DNA from: Dicyema japonicum
Taxonomy: Eukaryota; Animalia; Dicyemida
Assembly (NCBI GenBank): GCA_011109175.1
Contig: RDEW01000019.1
Location: 1-64,000 of the forward strand
DNA length: 64,000 bases
Direction of reading: 5' to 3'
Shown here: one piece after another, positions 52,001 to 64,000 of the stretch
How the letters are laid out: the number at the start of each line of letters is the position of its first letter
How positions within the stretch are numbered: position 1 is the first letter of the stretch
Position numbers and translations under genes: made by a program
The notes under the pieces: model-generated
The model's input: the letters and a program-made list of their open reading frames with translations, nothing else
The model's database searches: none
Told to the model about the DNA's origin: nothing

Positions 52001-53170
52001 ACTTGAAAATCAGCTTGCAAAAATATTTACTAATTTGGTTAAATCGGTTAAATTTAATCATCGCTTATAGTGAAGCAAATCGTTTGACTTCACTAGGAGC
52101 CCCATAAAGTAATTTGAGTATACAAGGGAGTCATACTGACAAATCTAGAAAACACCGTAATCTTATTGAAGTATGATAATTTGCAAGTCTACTACAACAG
52201 GGGTAGGCACCATAGCGACAAATATAATAATTATGACAAGACTCAGTAATGCTGTCCCTTATTTACATGACAATTTTTCGTATATCTGAAATTTATTCGC
52301 ATTTTCGTCTTCGATCAAGGAGGACAAGTGTTCACCAGTCAGCCTTGTTCTCTGATAAGGTTTTGTAGACATTCAAGATGATGAGCATTAAAATCACCAC
52401 GTATGACAATTTTTCGTATATCTGAAATTTATTCGCATTTTCGTCTTCGATCAAGGAGGACAAGTGTTCACCAGTCAGCCTTGTTCTCTGATAAGGTTTT
52501 GTAGACATTCAAGATGATGAGCATTAAAATCACCACGTAAGATACAATTTTCAACAGAAAAAGTAGAAGTAAGTTCGCCGCATAGTTCGGAGTGAAACAG
52601 GACTTGTTGATATTGGCCCGGATATATGAAATTTCAATAGAAAATCCTCCATCGATTGTCCATAAGCTGTAAATCAAGTGTTCATTCTCAGCAATCTCAT
52701 TTCCATGGGAATCATCATCAAAGACAAGCCGTTATATGACCAACTCCTGCACTACAATCAGTATAAAGTAAGAATTGATGTCTCATGTGTTAGGACACAA
52801 TGTTGAAGGCTCTCCAAGTAATGCCTGATGATGTGCTTTGCAATCAAATATATGGTCGGTTTATGTTTGAGGTTAGTTTTGAGTCATTTTTGGCTGCTCA
52901 ACTAAATTGGTGGCAGAAAAAACTCTCCTCCAAGTTTGTATCTTCCAATTTTAGCTACACCTATTCTGACTCCCTCGATCAGTTTCTAAAAACAGATAGA
53001 CTGGCAGGACAAGACGGAGACGTTATAAGTCGAGTTTTTATTGCAAAAGTTGCTCTTAAGTATCAATTTAGTGCTACCATGAGATGAGGGATGTGTCCAA
53101 TGCTTCCGGTTATCTGAAAAGCATTGATTTGTCTGATTTAGAGGAGTAAATTTAAAATCTTGGTGATCAG

Positions 53171-53949
53171 TAGGGCGATTTTTATTTTGACTTTATAAAT
53201 CGGAAATTTTGACCTAAAATTGACGTTATTGACTTTAAAATTCCAAAATTTTGACCTTTTTTGACTTTATGATAAATTTATCTACAAAAAATTTTTTTTA
53301 ATATAAAAAAACTAATCAAAATTTTTATCAAAATACAGAATAATGTAATTCAAAACTTTTTCGGTTTTAAAATTTCGGTTTTAAAATTTCGGTTTTTCTT
53401 CTCTCAACAAATAATGATGTGGAAGGACACTTTTTCAGATAGTTGATAACATATAGAGAAATATGTTGTTTTTTCACTTTTGTGATAGAAAGCACTTGAT
53501 TAACAAATAATCTTAATTCCAGTACTTTCCGATTCCACATAAATCGTCCCCGAAATGCAATTTCTGAACGTATTCAACAGCGTCTGAGAGATCTATCGCA
53601 AAATCCCTTATAACATTGTCAATTATTTGACAGATAATCGAAGAGTTAGCTGCAGAATGGGCTACAAGATATTAAAATATTTTCTTGGGAACAGAAATTC
53701 TTCCAATAAATGTATTGATATATTTCTGTTCCCGGATATCAGTTTCGTCAATCAAGAATTTTTTTCAGATCTATAATAAATGACAATAAAACCTAAAAAA
53801 TAGCGTAATTCTGCCATACATTTTGACTTTTTTGACTTTATAACTTTTGATTTATATAATATTTTTGATTAAAAACTACATTTTTATAAGTTTTAAACAA
53901 TTTTAAAGAACATAGTAATTTTTTGACTTTATTGATAAAAATTGCCCTA
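53171..53949. mobile_element. Non-autonomous hAT-type element (779 bp)
   Basis: TIRs TAGGGCGATTTTT and AAAAATTGCCCTA, a perfect 8-bp TSD GTGATCAG (53163-53170 and 53950-53957) and subterminal TTGAC repeats. Confidence 0.9.
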
Positions 53950-54299
53950 GTGATCAGCATCCAGAACCTATCTGTAAATCTGAAAGTTTGGGGACCACTG
54001 TAGTGAAAATTCGATGAGGATTTTTAGACATATATTGAGGATGGATCCTGCTGCACACGCAAATGATATCATGAAATTATACTTTCTAAGTACCGGTCCA
54101 TTTCGGGGCAGATTTCGTACAACACTTCCTCTGACCTTAGATAACGACATAAAAATGCAAAATGCGAATGGAAAATCTTGCTGACTTAGACACCTCCTAA
54201 AAATCCCAATCTCAAGAGTATCATGGAGGCGTCTGACGGCAAAGATAATCCGGGGTACGGCACAAGCGTTTAGTTTATTGGATAAGTCAATTATTATTA

Positions 54300-55110
54300 T
54301 TATTATAAGCACTTATCGCTATGTCATAGGACTTGACAAAGCATGTGCAACACGAGTTAGCAAATCACTGGTTAGTTTCATCCACTTCCTCCTATTCAAA
54401 GCCGCAGCGCGCAACCAGTCCAGATCCTCTCCACTTGCAAGATGCCGTCCCANCTTGCTGACTTAGACACCTCCTAAAAATCCCAATCTCAAGAGTATCA
54501 TGGAGGCGTCTGACGGCAAAGATAATCCGGGGTACGGCACAAGCGTTTAGTTTATTGGATAAGTCAATTATTATTATTATAAGCACTTATCGCTATGTCA
54601 TAGGACTTGACAAAGCATGTGCAACACGAGTTAGCAAATCACTGGTTAGTTTCATCCACTTCCTCCTATTCAAAGCCGCAGCGCGCAACCAGTCCAGATC
54701 CTCTCCACTTGCAAGATGCCGTCCCATTTCTTTGAGGTCCTCGTCGAGAACGACTGCCAGTGTCGTCCTTGGGCGACCACGGAAACGGGGGGCCTCCAAC
54801 ATGAAGTAATCCTCCATGGCTACGTTCGCGGGGGCATCTAGGTCCAGTCGCAGAATATGGCCGAAAAGCCTCCATCGTGTATCCAGAATCTCATTAGAAA
54901 TTTCTGAGGTCTTCGTCCTCTTATAGAGAAGATTAGATGACATCCTCGTATCACTTCTTTCGAACATCATATGCCGTAGTTGGTCTCTATGAAACGCATT
55001 AAGCCTCTTCAGTTCATTTCTTGAGCAGGCCCAGGTACCAGCGTTATATAGTAGTATGGGTTTCACTAGCGAGTTGTATAATCGAGTTTTTGTTATAATG
55101 TCGAAACTCC
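54300..55110 (-). mobile_element. RTE-like LINE 3' end with (TAA)n tail (duplicated around N 54453)
   Basis: ORF 54593-55066: YNAGTW..LNAFHRDQLR..RWRLFGHILR..RGRPRTT. Confidence 0.85.
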
Positions 55111-55220
55111 CCAGATTAATTTAATTATTTTTGACGTTAATGAATATAAATTAATTTACTTTTTAATTAATAATAATTTTTAAAATTATAATATCAATAA
55201 AACTAGTGTTATTGACCTTA

Positions 55221-57555
55221 ATGAATTTAATAAGATTGCCAATATTCCGTAATTATAAAATGTAATATATATTTTACTGACTAATCAGACCTCTCACTTA
55301 TTTTAAAGCTTCGCTCTCCAAAGCGCCCAAAGTACTGTCATGGAATAAGGTCTAGGGTCCAAACGAGTCGTTCATCATAAATGCCTTTGCTGGGAAGTTG
55401 AAATTTGATCACGTGTTCCCATATCCTAAAGGTTTCCCTTCAAAAGTTTACTCAAGTTTTAACCGACGAAGAATGTGAAATTACCGAATCCATGATCGGA
55501 CCAATAAACAAATTTTTTAAGGTAAATGCGCGCTTTAGTGAAAATGACGATTAATTGACGTCATTACTTATGTTAGGAAGGTAATTCAGCCGCAGAGAAC
55601 GATAAGAGGGGAGAAATCACCATAGAAACCAAACGGAAATTAGCCGAACTTGGCGCTTACGGACTAATCACACCAACTGAATTTGGTTTTTCCTTTATGC
55701 TTACGTAGGCGGCTTGGGTTTGAATTCCAGTCAAACATCAAGGCTCAGTGAGGCGGTGGGTCACTTTGACCTTTCCGTTATGATCCACATTGGTGCTCAT
55801 CAGGTTTTTAGAACCGATTAGTCGTAGTCTATCGGATATCGGGGGATCATAAACTACGGGACGCCAGAACAGAAGAAAAAATATCTCCCCGACTTGGCCT
55901 CAGGAAAAAAGATCGCTGCCTATTGTTTGACAGAACCTTCCGCAGGGTCTGATGCCGCTGTAAGGGCTGAGATAACCACAAGTCTATCAAATCCAATGCA
56001 GTCCTCTCTGCTGACGGGAAGCACTACATTCTAAACGGAAGCAAGATTTGGATCACTAACGGTGGAATGGCTGATGTTATGACCGTTTTTGCTAAGGTTG
56101 CTTTAACACGGACAATTTAGACACCGGTGACCGAAGATGGCATGGAGAAGATGAAGATGACCGCCTTTATAGTCGAAAGGGAATTTGGAGGGATCACCAG
56201 TGGCAATCCTGTAGCTAAAATGGGGATCAAAGCATCCGAAACATGCGAAGTATTTTTCGACGACGTTCACATTCCTGTGGAGAATGTTCTCGGAGGTTAA
56301 CAGACTTGGTTGATTATTAGAGGTCGGCAATGGCTTCCTCATCGCTGTGAGCATCCTAAACATGGGTCGGTCCTCGATCTGTGCGAGCATGTGCGGGACC
56401 ATGAAGGAGATGTTGACCAGATCAGTTCTCTTTATTTTAACGGTCAGATAAATTTTGCCTGGCAGAGAGAACAATTTGGCAGCAAAATAGTCAAGTATGG
56501 AGTCATCAAGGAAAAGCTGGCGAGGATGGCAATGAAAATCTACGCATCTGAGGTCAGGGACCGGTTTTTTAGAGCTTAGTCCATCGGCTACCTACTGGCC
56601 GGAAACTACGACCGGAATGTGCCCGATCTGCAGGTGGATGCTGCAATTTGCAAGATATATGGATCAGTTAGTGACTTTATATAGTCTAAGGATGCTGCTT
56701 GGAGTGTGGTGGATGATGCTATACAAATTCACGGGGGGATGGGATATATGGCTGTTAATGTTAGTTTTTAATGTTCTAGGAGATTGAGTTGGAAAGATTC
56801 GCCAGGGATGCAAGAATTTGTCGAATTTTCGAAGGGACCAACGAAATTTTGAGACTTTTTGTCGCCTATAACGGAATTATGGTTATTAATCTTTGATAAT
56901 GCGCTTAGCATGCAGGAAAGACAATTTCAAATATCACCTCATCCAAGAATAGTCTACTTACTCTTTATTCATCAGTGTCTATAGCTGTAACGAGAATCCT
57001 CGTGGGTCCGAAAGCTCAAGCACACCTTAAGAAAATTGTCCACCAGGACCTTTCTGAGAGCGCCGAAAAAGTTTTATTTTTAAATTTTTTTTCAAAATTT
57101 ATTAATATAATTATACTTTAATTTTATTACTCTAACTTTAATTTTAGCTTGGAATTTCAATAAACAACTTTTTGAGAATAGTGACGCGTCTGATATTTGT
57201 CCATAAAAAGGGACTCAAAGGTTTGTGATCTTGTTTACTGATTAGACCGCCAGTTTGAAGTTTATAGAATTGGGGAGGCCGCTATTTCGATTCACGTGAT
57301 GGCTGCTGTACTTTCGCGGGCTTCGAGCGCATTAGAACAGCAGACAGACACATGTAAGCACGAGGCACAGCTTTGCAAAGCGATTTGCATGGAGGTGGGT
57401 TCTTGGTTTAATTTGTGTATCAGGAATCTTTGAATGTTTCAAGATCCTTAGACACGATAAGTAGAAGTAAGGAATTGACTTCATGTCTGTTCGATATTTC
57501 TGATAGTATTGTCAAGAATGAGGATTATTTCGTTAAGACCCCGCTCGGTATGTAA
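55221..57555 (+). CDS. ACADVL: Very-long-chain acyl-CoA dehydrogenase-like (608 aa, 18 exons)
   Basis: Seventeen GT-AG introns (508 nt total) leave 1827 nt in frame. Motifs: [63 protein letters not shown] (catalytic Glu) and C-terminal TPLGM. ACAD9 is the alternative call. Confidence 0.9.
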
Positions 57556-57649
57556 TCCTCTATAATATTATAATTCTTGATTAATCGCTAATTTACTTAA
57601 AATAAATTATCAACAGAATTTGAACTTATTTGCTTGTTGGGTTGTGGTA

Positions 57650-59880
57650 ACTGTTCTCCCTGGTTTCCAATTTAGTTGTTGGTTTGATTCCCACACTGCT
57701 ATTTACTTGATAGAAGGATTTTTTTCATTTCGACCAATAGGGCGTTATTTGATCCACTTAACTAAAGAGACTCACATTGTGTGGTTGGAGGGTCCCTTTC
57801 TTCTCTACCCTAGTGGAAGGGTAGAATATGGATGGACATGGTGTTTGGAAAAGATGCGCCCCATGCTTGTTTTCAACATCAATTGAATTCAGCTTTACCA
57901 AGAATGAAAATTTGTCAGCGATCCAACGAAGGCGGCATGAGCGTTCTGAAAAATCGGCTTTCAGTCTGTTTGCGATTCATTATTCTTTTATTTCATCAAC
58001 TTCTGATAAGCCACCGTATTACGCACTTTATCATTTTTTTTAGTCTGACTCTTGCCAAGGGTACATTCCACTTCTGACAGTATTCTGATGCAGATCCTAC
58101 TGTACTCTTTACGATGTCTTCAGATTTATGTCAATAATTTTATTGAGCTCATCAAAGTCATCCCTTGTCTGAATTAAATCAATCTTGGGATCTTGTAAAC
58201 GTTTTATGGCTAGGATCTGCTCTCCATACAGTGAGCTGACCGGTGCGACTGCCCCCTAGACACGCCACTGATACGCCCAAATCCGACAAGGAGCACTGGA
58301 TAAAACCTCTTACATGCATATCCGCGGTTATTAAAAACTTATTTGTTAAACTAATCTCATTTTTTGATAACAAATTCAATGTTTTGGGTGGTTCCATGGG
58401 TCTTAATATTTGGAAGCATGCCAAAGATACGAGAAACTTCTTTATGGAGATTAATCCAGGACTTCAAGACCAACTCTGGAAGGAAGGTAAGTGTGAATTA
58501 GATAATAACTCATCCTCTTTCTTGCAGTTACAAAATTGAGATATCGCGCTATGTGGATACTTGATTGAAGATTTTTTGTTCTTCCTCTTCCCCTTTTATT
58601 AAAGTGGCGTCATATGATCCACCTATCTTATGTGGCGCCCAGTGCGAGGGTGTTATGTAAAAAAGATCATTTGTTCTCCCCCTACTCCACTGGATGGGTC
58701 CCCACAACTGCAAGGAATGGACGACTTGCACCATTTACAGTGGTTCTGGATGGACTTGTGTAACAATCGAAGGACTCTGTTTCTGTGACAATGAGACTTC
58801 TTTTTGGTAGCGTGAGAGTTCAATAGACAATCCAGCAACGGTGACTACAGTGCCGAATCAGCTTAATGGTCTTTAGGCTGAGGTGTCGACGTACCTTGAT
58901 TGCAATTGATTTATCTTCTCACGGTTTACATGATCTCTCATTCTTCTCCCCGTGAACGAAATTCTAAAGACATCGAATTTTAGAACAAGGAATGTCAGAT
59001 ATAATTCGCTCAGAATTCGAATTTGAGGAAATTAAATGATTCCTCTTGAGAAGGAACAAGGGAGGTTGTACAACCTTACTGTAGGTTATCCACTTCTGGA
59101 CCACAAGGGAATATGCTGGAACAGTCAGAAGCATTCAGAGCAGTCGTTATAAGGAGCAGTTAGATTTCCAAGCCAACATAAAAAGGAAGAGAAATGCCAA
59201 ACTGTTCCCAAGGTTTAGAACCAATTGACATCTTGGAAGAGGTATGAATACTTTATCAGTTTGAATTTTCGAGATCTCATCACATGGGCGATCTGGCAAA
59301 AATCATGCGTCGAGAAATTGTTTGTACATGTAACATCCCAAATAAAAGCTCTCTACCCTCACATGGAGAGGTGGTCATTCCGTGTGTTTGATCTACGGGC
59401 TTGAAAACAGAGAAACCATCTCCATCAATTTTCTGCCTAACAAATTCTTTCAAAAACCCTGTCAACGTTTCTTCTGAAAAGGTGGAGTATGTAACTTCTG
59501 ATCTTTCCACCATTTAGGCATCAATTTGGCATAAGGCTGAGTAACTCTCCGATTCGAAGTGAATCACTGTAAAGAAAGGTGGTCAGCCCTCACTTTAGGT
59601 GGAGGTTCTATGTAGAAAATAGAGGCGATGGAGTTGGCCAAAAGATTCAAGCTTTTCAAAAAATTTACAGCAAACCACATCTTCGAGAGTCATTTGAAAA
59701 TATGAGGGTGACAATAAGGTCAATTGAAGAGTAGAGAATTATCCGGCCAGAGAATCGGAAGCCATTAATAAATAAAGGTGGGGTGTCCTCGTTGTATTAA
59801 GAACCAAAGAATACAAGCTTTTTCTCAGGAATATAAATTCCACATGTACTCGATTACTCATTTAGCGTCATTCCAGACTC
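57650..59880 (-). CDS. Probable multi-exon gene of unknown product (boundaries approximate)
   Basis: Successive open frames can be joined by GT-AG micro-introns, e.g. GAVAPVSSLYGEQILAIKRLQDPKID.. and LKADFSERSCRLRWIADKF; no recognised domain. Confidence 0.35.
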
Positions 59881-59889
59881 TCCCTTCCG

Positions 59890-60250
59890 CAGTCCTTTGA
59901 GCATCATCCTAGGATATTGAAGGGGATAGACTCTATTTTTGAAAACAAAAACATTTTGATAGTTTCAATTACTGAGGAATTTAAGTCCTTGATCTTCTTC
60001 AGCAACGTCTTCGTTAGGTTCATACCCCAAGCAGCGCAATCGTAGTCGAGGATTGAGCCAATATACTGAGTATATTTGGATCGTAACGTCGAGGAGAAAT
60101 AGCTCTTTGTTGTCCATAGAGGGCCTTTGTGGGTATTGTTGAAAATAGACATGATTATATTCTGAAGAGGTTGATGGATTACTATTGTCAACACAAGTTA
60201 CATTGTGTGCGGCTTTCCGATACGGCGATGAATAAAGATATGACACGCTT
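59890..60250 (-). mobile_element. Jockey-like RT 3' fragment
   Basis: YTQYIGSILDYDCAAWGMNL, similar to the end of the 27011 element. Confidence 0.6.
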
Positions 60251-60426
60251 ATTATTGATTGAAAATATAATAATAAAAATTTATTATTAAAAAAATTTAA
60301 AATAATAAATATGTTAAAAAATTATTGGTGGATGGCGAAAAGTTTAATGAGGCGTTTTAAATAAAACCCAAAAATGCGTAAATAGGTGACGCAATAATAT
60401 AAATAAGTAACATTCGTAGTGTCATA

Positions 60427-60857
60427 ATGTTAAACAGATTAAGCAAAACAGATCTCCAAAATATTAAGGATAAAAAACAGATTGAAAAATTAAAACAAAA
60501 GTTGGAAGAGGAACGGAGAAGGGTGATTTATAAATTTAATTCAGAAAAATATAAACTAAAATCAAATATATTTGCAACCCCCAAAACTAATCATTTTGCC
60601 CCACAAGACATTCAGTAGTTTTAGATTTAAGGATTAGAAATCAAATTGAGGGAAATAAAAACTTAATGAATTATTTAAATTTGAAGAGCGAAATAATAAT
60701 AAAGAAATCAAATAATGTTGTCCATAACCCTAAAGAACGTTTATTTCCTGTAATTCTCCGTGATATTACTCCTCCAAAGAGATTTGACCCTAATACAGCT
60801 GCCAGAATGATGATTATTGAACAGAAAAAATTAGAACTCAGAAATAAAAATACTTAA
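60427..60857 (+). CDS. Hypothetical basic protein (~135 aa, one 23-nt intron)
   Basis: Intron 60615-60637 (gtagttttagatttaaggattag) joins the two 63-aa ORFs in frame. Confidence 0.55.
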
Positions 60858-63111
60858 CATTTAATGTCTTATTTCTTTACTAATCATACATTTATTACAA
60901 TCATAGTTTGGAATATCACTCAGCCATATTTACCATTTCACTCCCATTACGATAGAGACTTGACGGCGTACGCATTTCTCTCCATTATTGGACAACCTTA
61001 TTGAGACAGAGGCTCGAAATGGCGGTGATCAGAGGTAACGCCTTCGCAATTATTTTTTTCAAAAATAAAGTTTGGAATTTTTTTTGGCTCAATACATTCG
61101 ACATCAAGAAAAATTCTCCTCTTCCTCCACTAAAAAATTATTGTCCTTGAGATTTAGAGTAGTTAATAGAAAGGGTCTTTTCTGCTGACTAACCTGGATA
61201 CTAAACCTTCCCAGTATAGATCAACAGGCGAAATCAGTAGGATATAGCCGAGACAGATTGAATGTTTCCAAGGCAGACTCTTTTTTACCGGACGCTAACA
61301 TAGTAGCCAACCAGGGTTTAGAATTCCTTGCAATGTCAGTCTTTACAAGTAAGATTCTTCCAAGGAATGAAGTCGATTGTTTTGCGGGTGTCAACTGGGG
61401 ATAATAAGGCCTTCTGATACCAGAACTTGTGGGAGAACCCAGATGAATAAAATCACTCAGAGATGACTCGCATTCGACCAATCATTATTGAATCTATGTT
61501 GGAGCGATTCATCAGAAAGGATTCCTTTGACATTCACAATGATGAATAGAGTCTTCGGACCAAATACAGTCATATTCTTGAGATCGCTGGGGTCAACAAC
61601 TTCCAAAGTGACTGAGAATCGTGGTGTTCCAAAGGATTTCTCAGACAGTTGTCAATGGAAACAGCAATTCAATTTTTCCCACTGAGTCATATTAAATGGG
61701 AAATTAAAAAAAGAAGACATCACTTGAATTCCACAAAGGGATAACTTGTTCTTTCTCAGTTAAATCAATAATTTCAATAACGGAGAACTGTCTTCACGGA
61801 TTGATCTACGGAGAAGATACATAATCATATAAATATGAACCTACACTAGTTATCTCATCGTTGGAGTGATCCACGTGGTCAGAATCAAGATAACTGTAAA
61901 AATTGACACATAGCTTGGAAAATACGTACCCAAATATCTAAATAAAGAGAGACAAGACTAAGACATTAATCTGAAAGGTCGGCTAATGGTAAGTCTTCTG
62001 ACAGNTACACTAGCTATCTCATCGTTGGAGTGATCCACGTGGTCAGAATCAAGATAACTGTAAAAATTGACACATAGCTTGGAAAATACGTACCCAAATA
62101 TCTAAATAAAGAGAGACAAGACTAAGACATTAATCTGAAAGGTCGGCTAATAGTAAGTCTTCTGACAGAATTGAAGAATTTATGATCCACCGTTTTTTCA
62201 GAGCACTCGAATGGCATAAGCGATTTATTAACCGCAATGATTCTATGTTGTTAAATTGGTGTAATTATGTGTATTTTTGTTAGTAAAAATGTAGAGGAAA
62301 CAACCTTGAAACAATCGATATTTCCTTCCTACGACAAAAGATTAACCACCGCCAATCTATATTTTAAAAACACTAAAAACTTAAATAATAATAATAATAA
62401 AAATTTAAAATATATACTCCCTACAAAAAATGGGTATTCATGTTGATTTTTTTGTCAAAAAATCAATTACTTTAACACAAGTGATTTCCCAAGCTAAAAA
62501 TTGCACCGAAGCGTAGCATTTCTCGAATTTCAATCAAAATTTGATCACCATTTATTTTCTGAACAAAATAAAGAAAATTAGACTTCCAGGGTACCGCAAC
62601 ACTGAGGGACTTGCTGATAATACATTCACTTTCTCTCTTAGCCATCCATGAAAAACATCAGTAATATCAATTCGGAAATAAGGGATAAGCATAATATTAG
62701 TTAACCGCAATTCCACAAATCAATATTTAATCACTATTTATTTTCATAAAAACAAAGAAAATGGATGACGAGTACAAAAAACATACACAGAACTAGACAA
62801 CCATCTCATCTTCTACTGATGATTCCTCAAATTGATTCATAGAACCATGCTTCACAAACCATCAACCAAGACATGTGAATTACAACCACAGCAAACCATC
62901 TTTCGTTCTTGCCGCAAACACGTCCTTATTTAACCATATTCCTTGAACAAGGAACCTGCAAGTCTTAAACCACTAAAAAGTCCACCGAATAGCATAAACC
63001 AAACAACCAAGACTACTTTAAATAGATCTCATAACATTAGTTCCTAACCACAAGCCCACTAGTGATAGTTTAACCCCGAAAGCAATAAATAAGGAAAAAG
63101 TCAATAAATAG

Positions 63112-63486
63112 TTAGGAGAGAGGAGGGAACTCCTCTAAACTTTTTAGATTAAGTGCTCCTGACGAACTGTTCTCGGCATTGGTAACTAACTTCCCGTCCT
63201 TTCCGAGAGAAAAAAATGGGACATGGTTCACTTCTTTTTTGACGGAATGGATCTTAGGAGGTTCTTTATTCCACACATTCCCAGTCACGGTGGGAATCTC
63301 TGGAGTCTGAGAGACGGGTTTCTTAACCTCCAAGATCTGGGTAGTCTCTTTGGTGAGTGGAATAAGTTCTTCCTCCTCTTCGTATTCTGGGGCTGGGAAC
63401 TCCTTCTTAACCTCCTGGGATGACTTCTGGGCAGATAGTTTTTGTTTTTGTTCATCGATGTGTTTGAATAATCTTTGAAGACTCAT
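63112..63486 (-). CDS. Small charged protein, possibly CDV3-like
   Basis: MSLQRLFKHIDEQKQK, GNVWNK and C-terminal SLEEFPPL loosely echo the CDV3 motifs SLDNFFAKRDKK, GPWNK and SDTQFPSL. The start is placed at the second Met. Confidence 0.5.
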   Translation of the reverse strand: MSLQRLFKHIDEQKQKLSAQKSSQEVKKEFPAPEYEEEEELIPLTKETTQILEVKKPVSQTPEIPTVTGNVWNKEPPKIHSVKKEVNHVPFFSLGKDGKLVTNAENSSSGALNLKSLEEFPPLS

Positions 63487-64000
63487 GATGGTCGTTAGAA
63501 AAAATGACAACAGAAGTTAGTAGCACTAAATAATAATGACACAGATTTAAAAAAATTTATTCAATATAAATTTTATAATTAATTAAATATTATTTATTTT
63601 ATTATTAATTTCACTTAAATCTACAGAGAAAATAAAATGCATCCACATTTAAGAGATTCCTAACTAAACTCAAAAATAGCCATTTTTTTGGTTAATTTTA
63701 CTCTCTGTTAAATTTCACATGTTTTAAGACAGCCATCGCTTAAGTCTTAGCGGATTTCCCATAATTCGATTTGAATATAAAACTCAATTATCGGTTCGAT
63801 TTTTATTGTTTATAATAAAATCCAAATCTTTTCTTAATTTCCAGAGATCACGTGCCTATTTAGATTAACTGTGGCATAAATTATCATTGGGAAGTATTGT
63901 AGGAAGTTGGGAAATTAAAATTAATGATTTTCAGCGTAATTTAACAAAGGCAATTAAAAGTTTATTTTCAATGGCAACGGAAGTCAAATGGGGGAGTTAT

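Noticed and set aside
52468-53087. ORFs 52468-52677 (-) and 52800-53087 (+) as genes
   Set aside because: No motif and no consistent splice model; not supportable from sequence alone.
57071-57147. Intronic snoRNA in the longer ACADVL introns (77 nt here, 55 nt at 55522-55576)
   Set aside because: No C/D or H/ACA box pair is present; the 77-nt intron is almost pure A/T.

Overview
This is a eukaryotic (metazoan), AT-rich, repeat-dense scaffold from an organism with extremely short GT-AG introns (mostly 22-29 nt). That intron size resembles dicyemid mesozoans or other reduced parasites; the taxon is inferred, not shown. The micro-introns break most real genes in the ORF track. After manual splicing I recover: an intronless protocadherin-like gene, ANAPC4-like, four paralogous Tweety/TTYH-like 5-TM genes (one with a nonsense codon), MFF-like, a TIS11/ZFP36-family tandem CCCH gene, ACADVL-like (17 introns) and a possible CDV3-like gene, plus unresolved genes. 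The rest is decayed mobile DNA: Jockey-like, RTE-like, CRE-like and R4/NeSL-like non-LTR fragments, Tc1/IS630 and pogo remnants, hAT-type TIR elements with 8-bp TSDs (two enclose kb-scale nests of other elements) and a tRNA-headed SINE. Many short tandem duplications flank single Ns and are probably assembly or haplotype overlaps. The main finding is the TTYH-like array: transmembrane exons are nearly identical, two ectodomain patches are hypervariable, and intron sharing among copies is mosaic.
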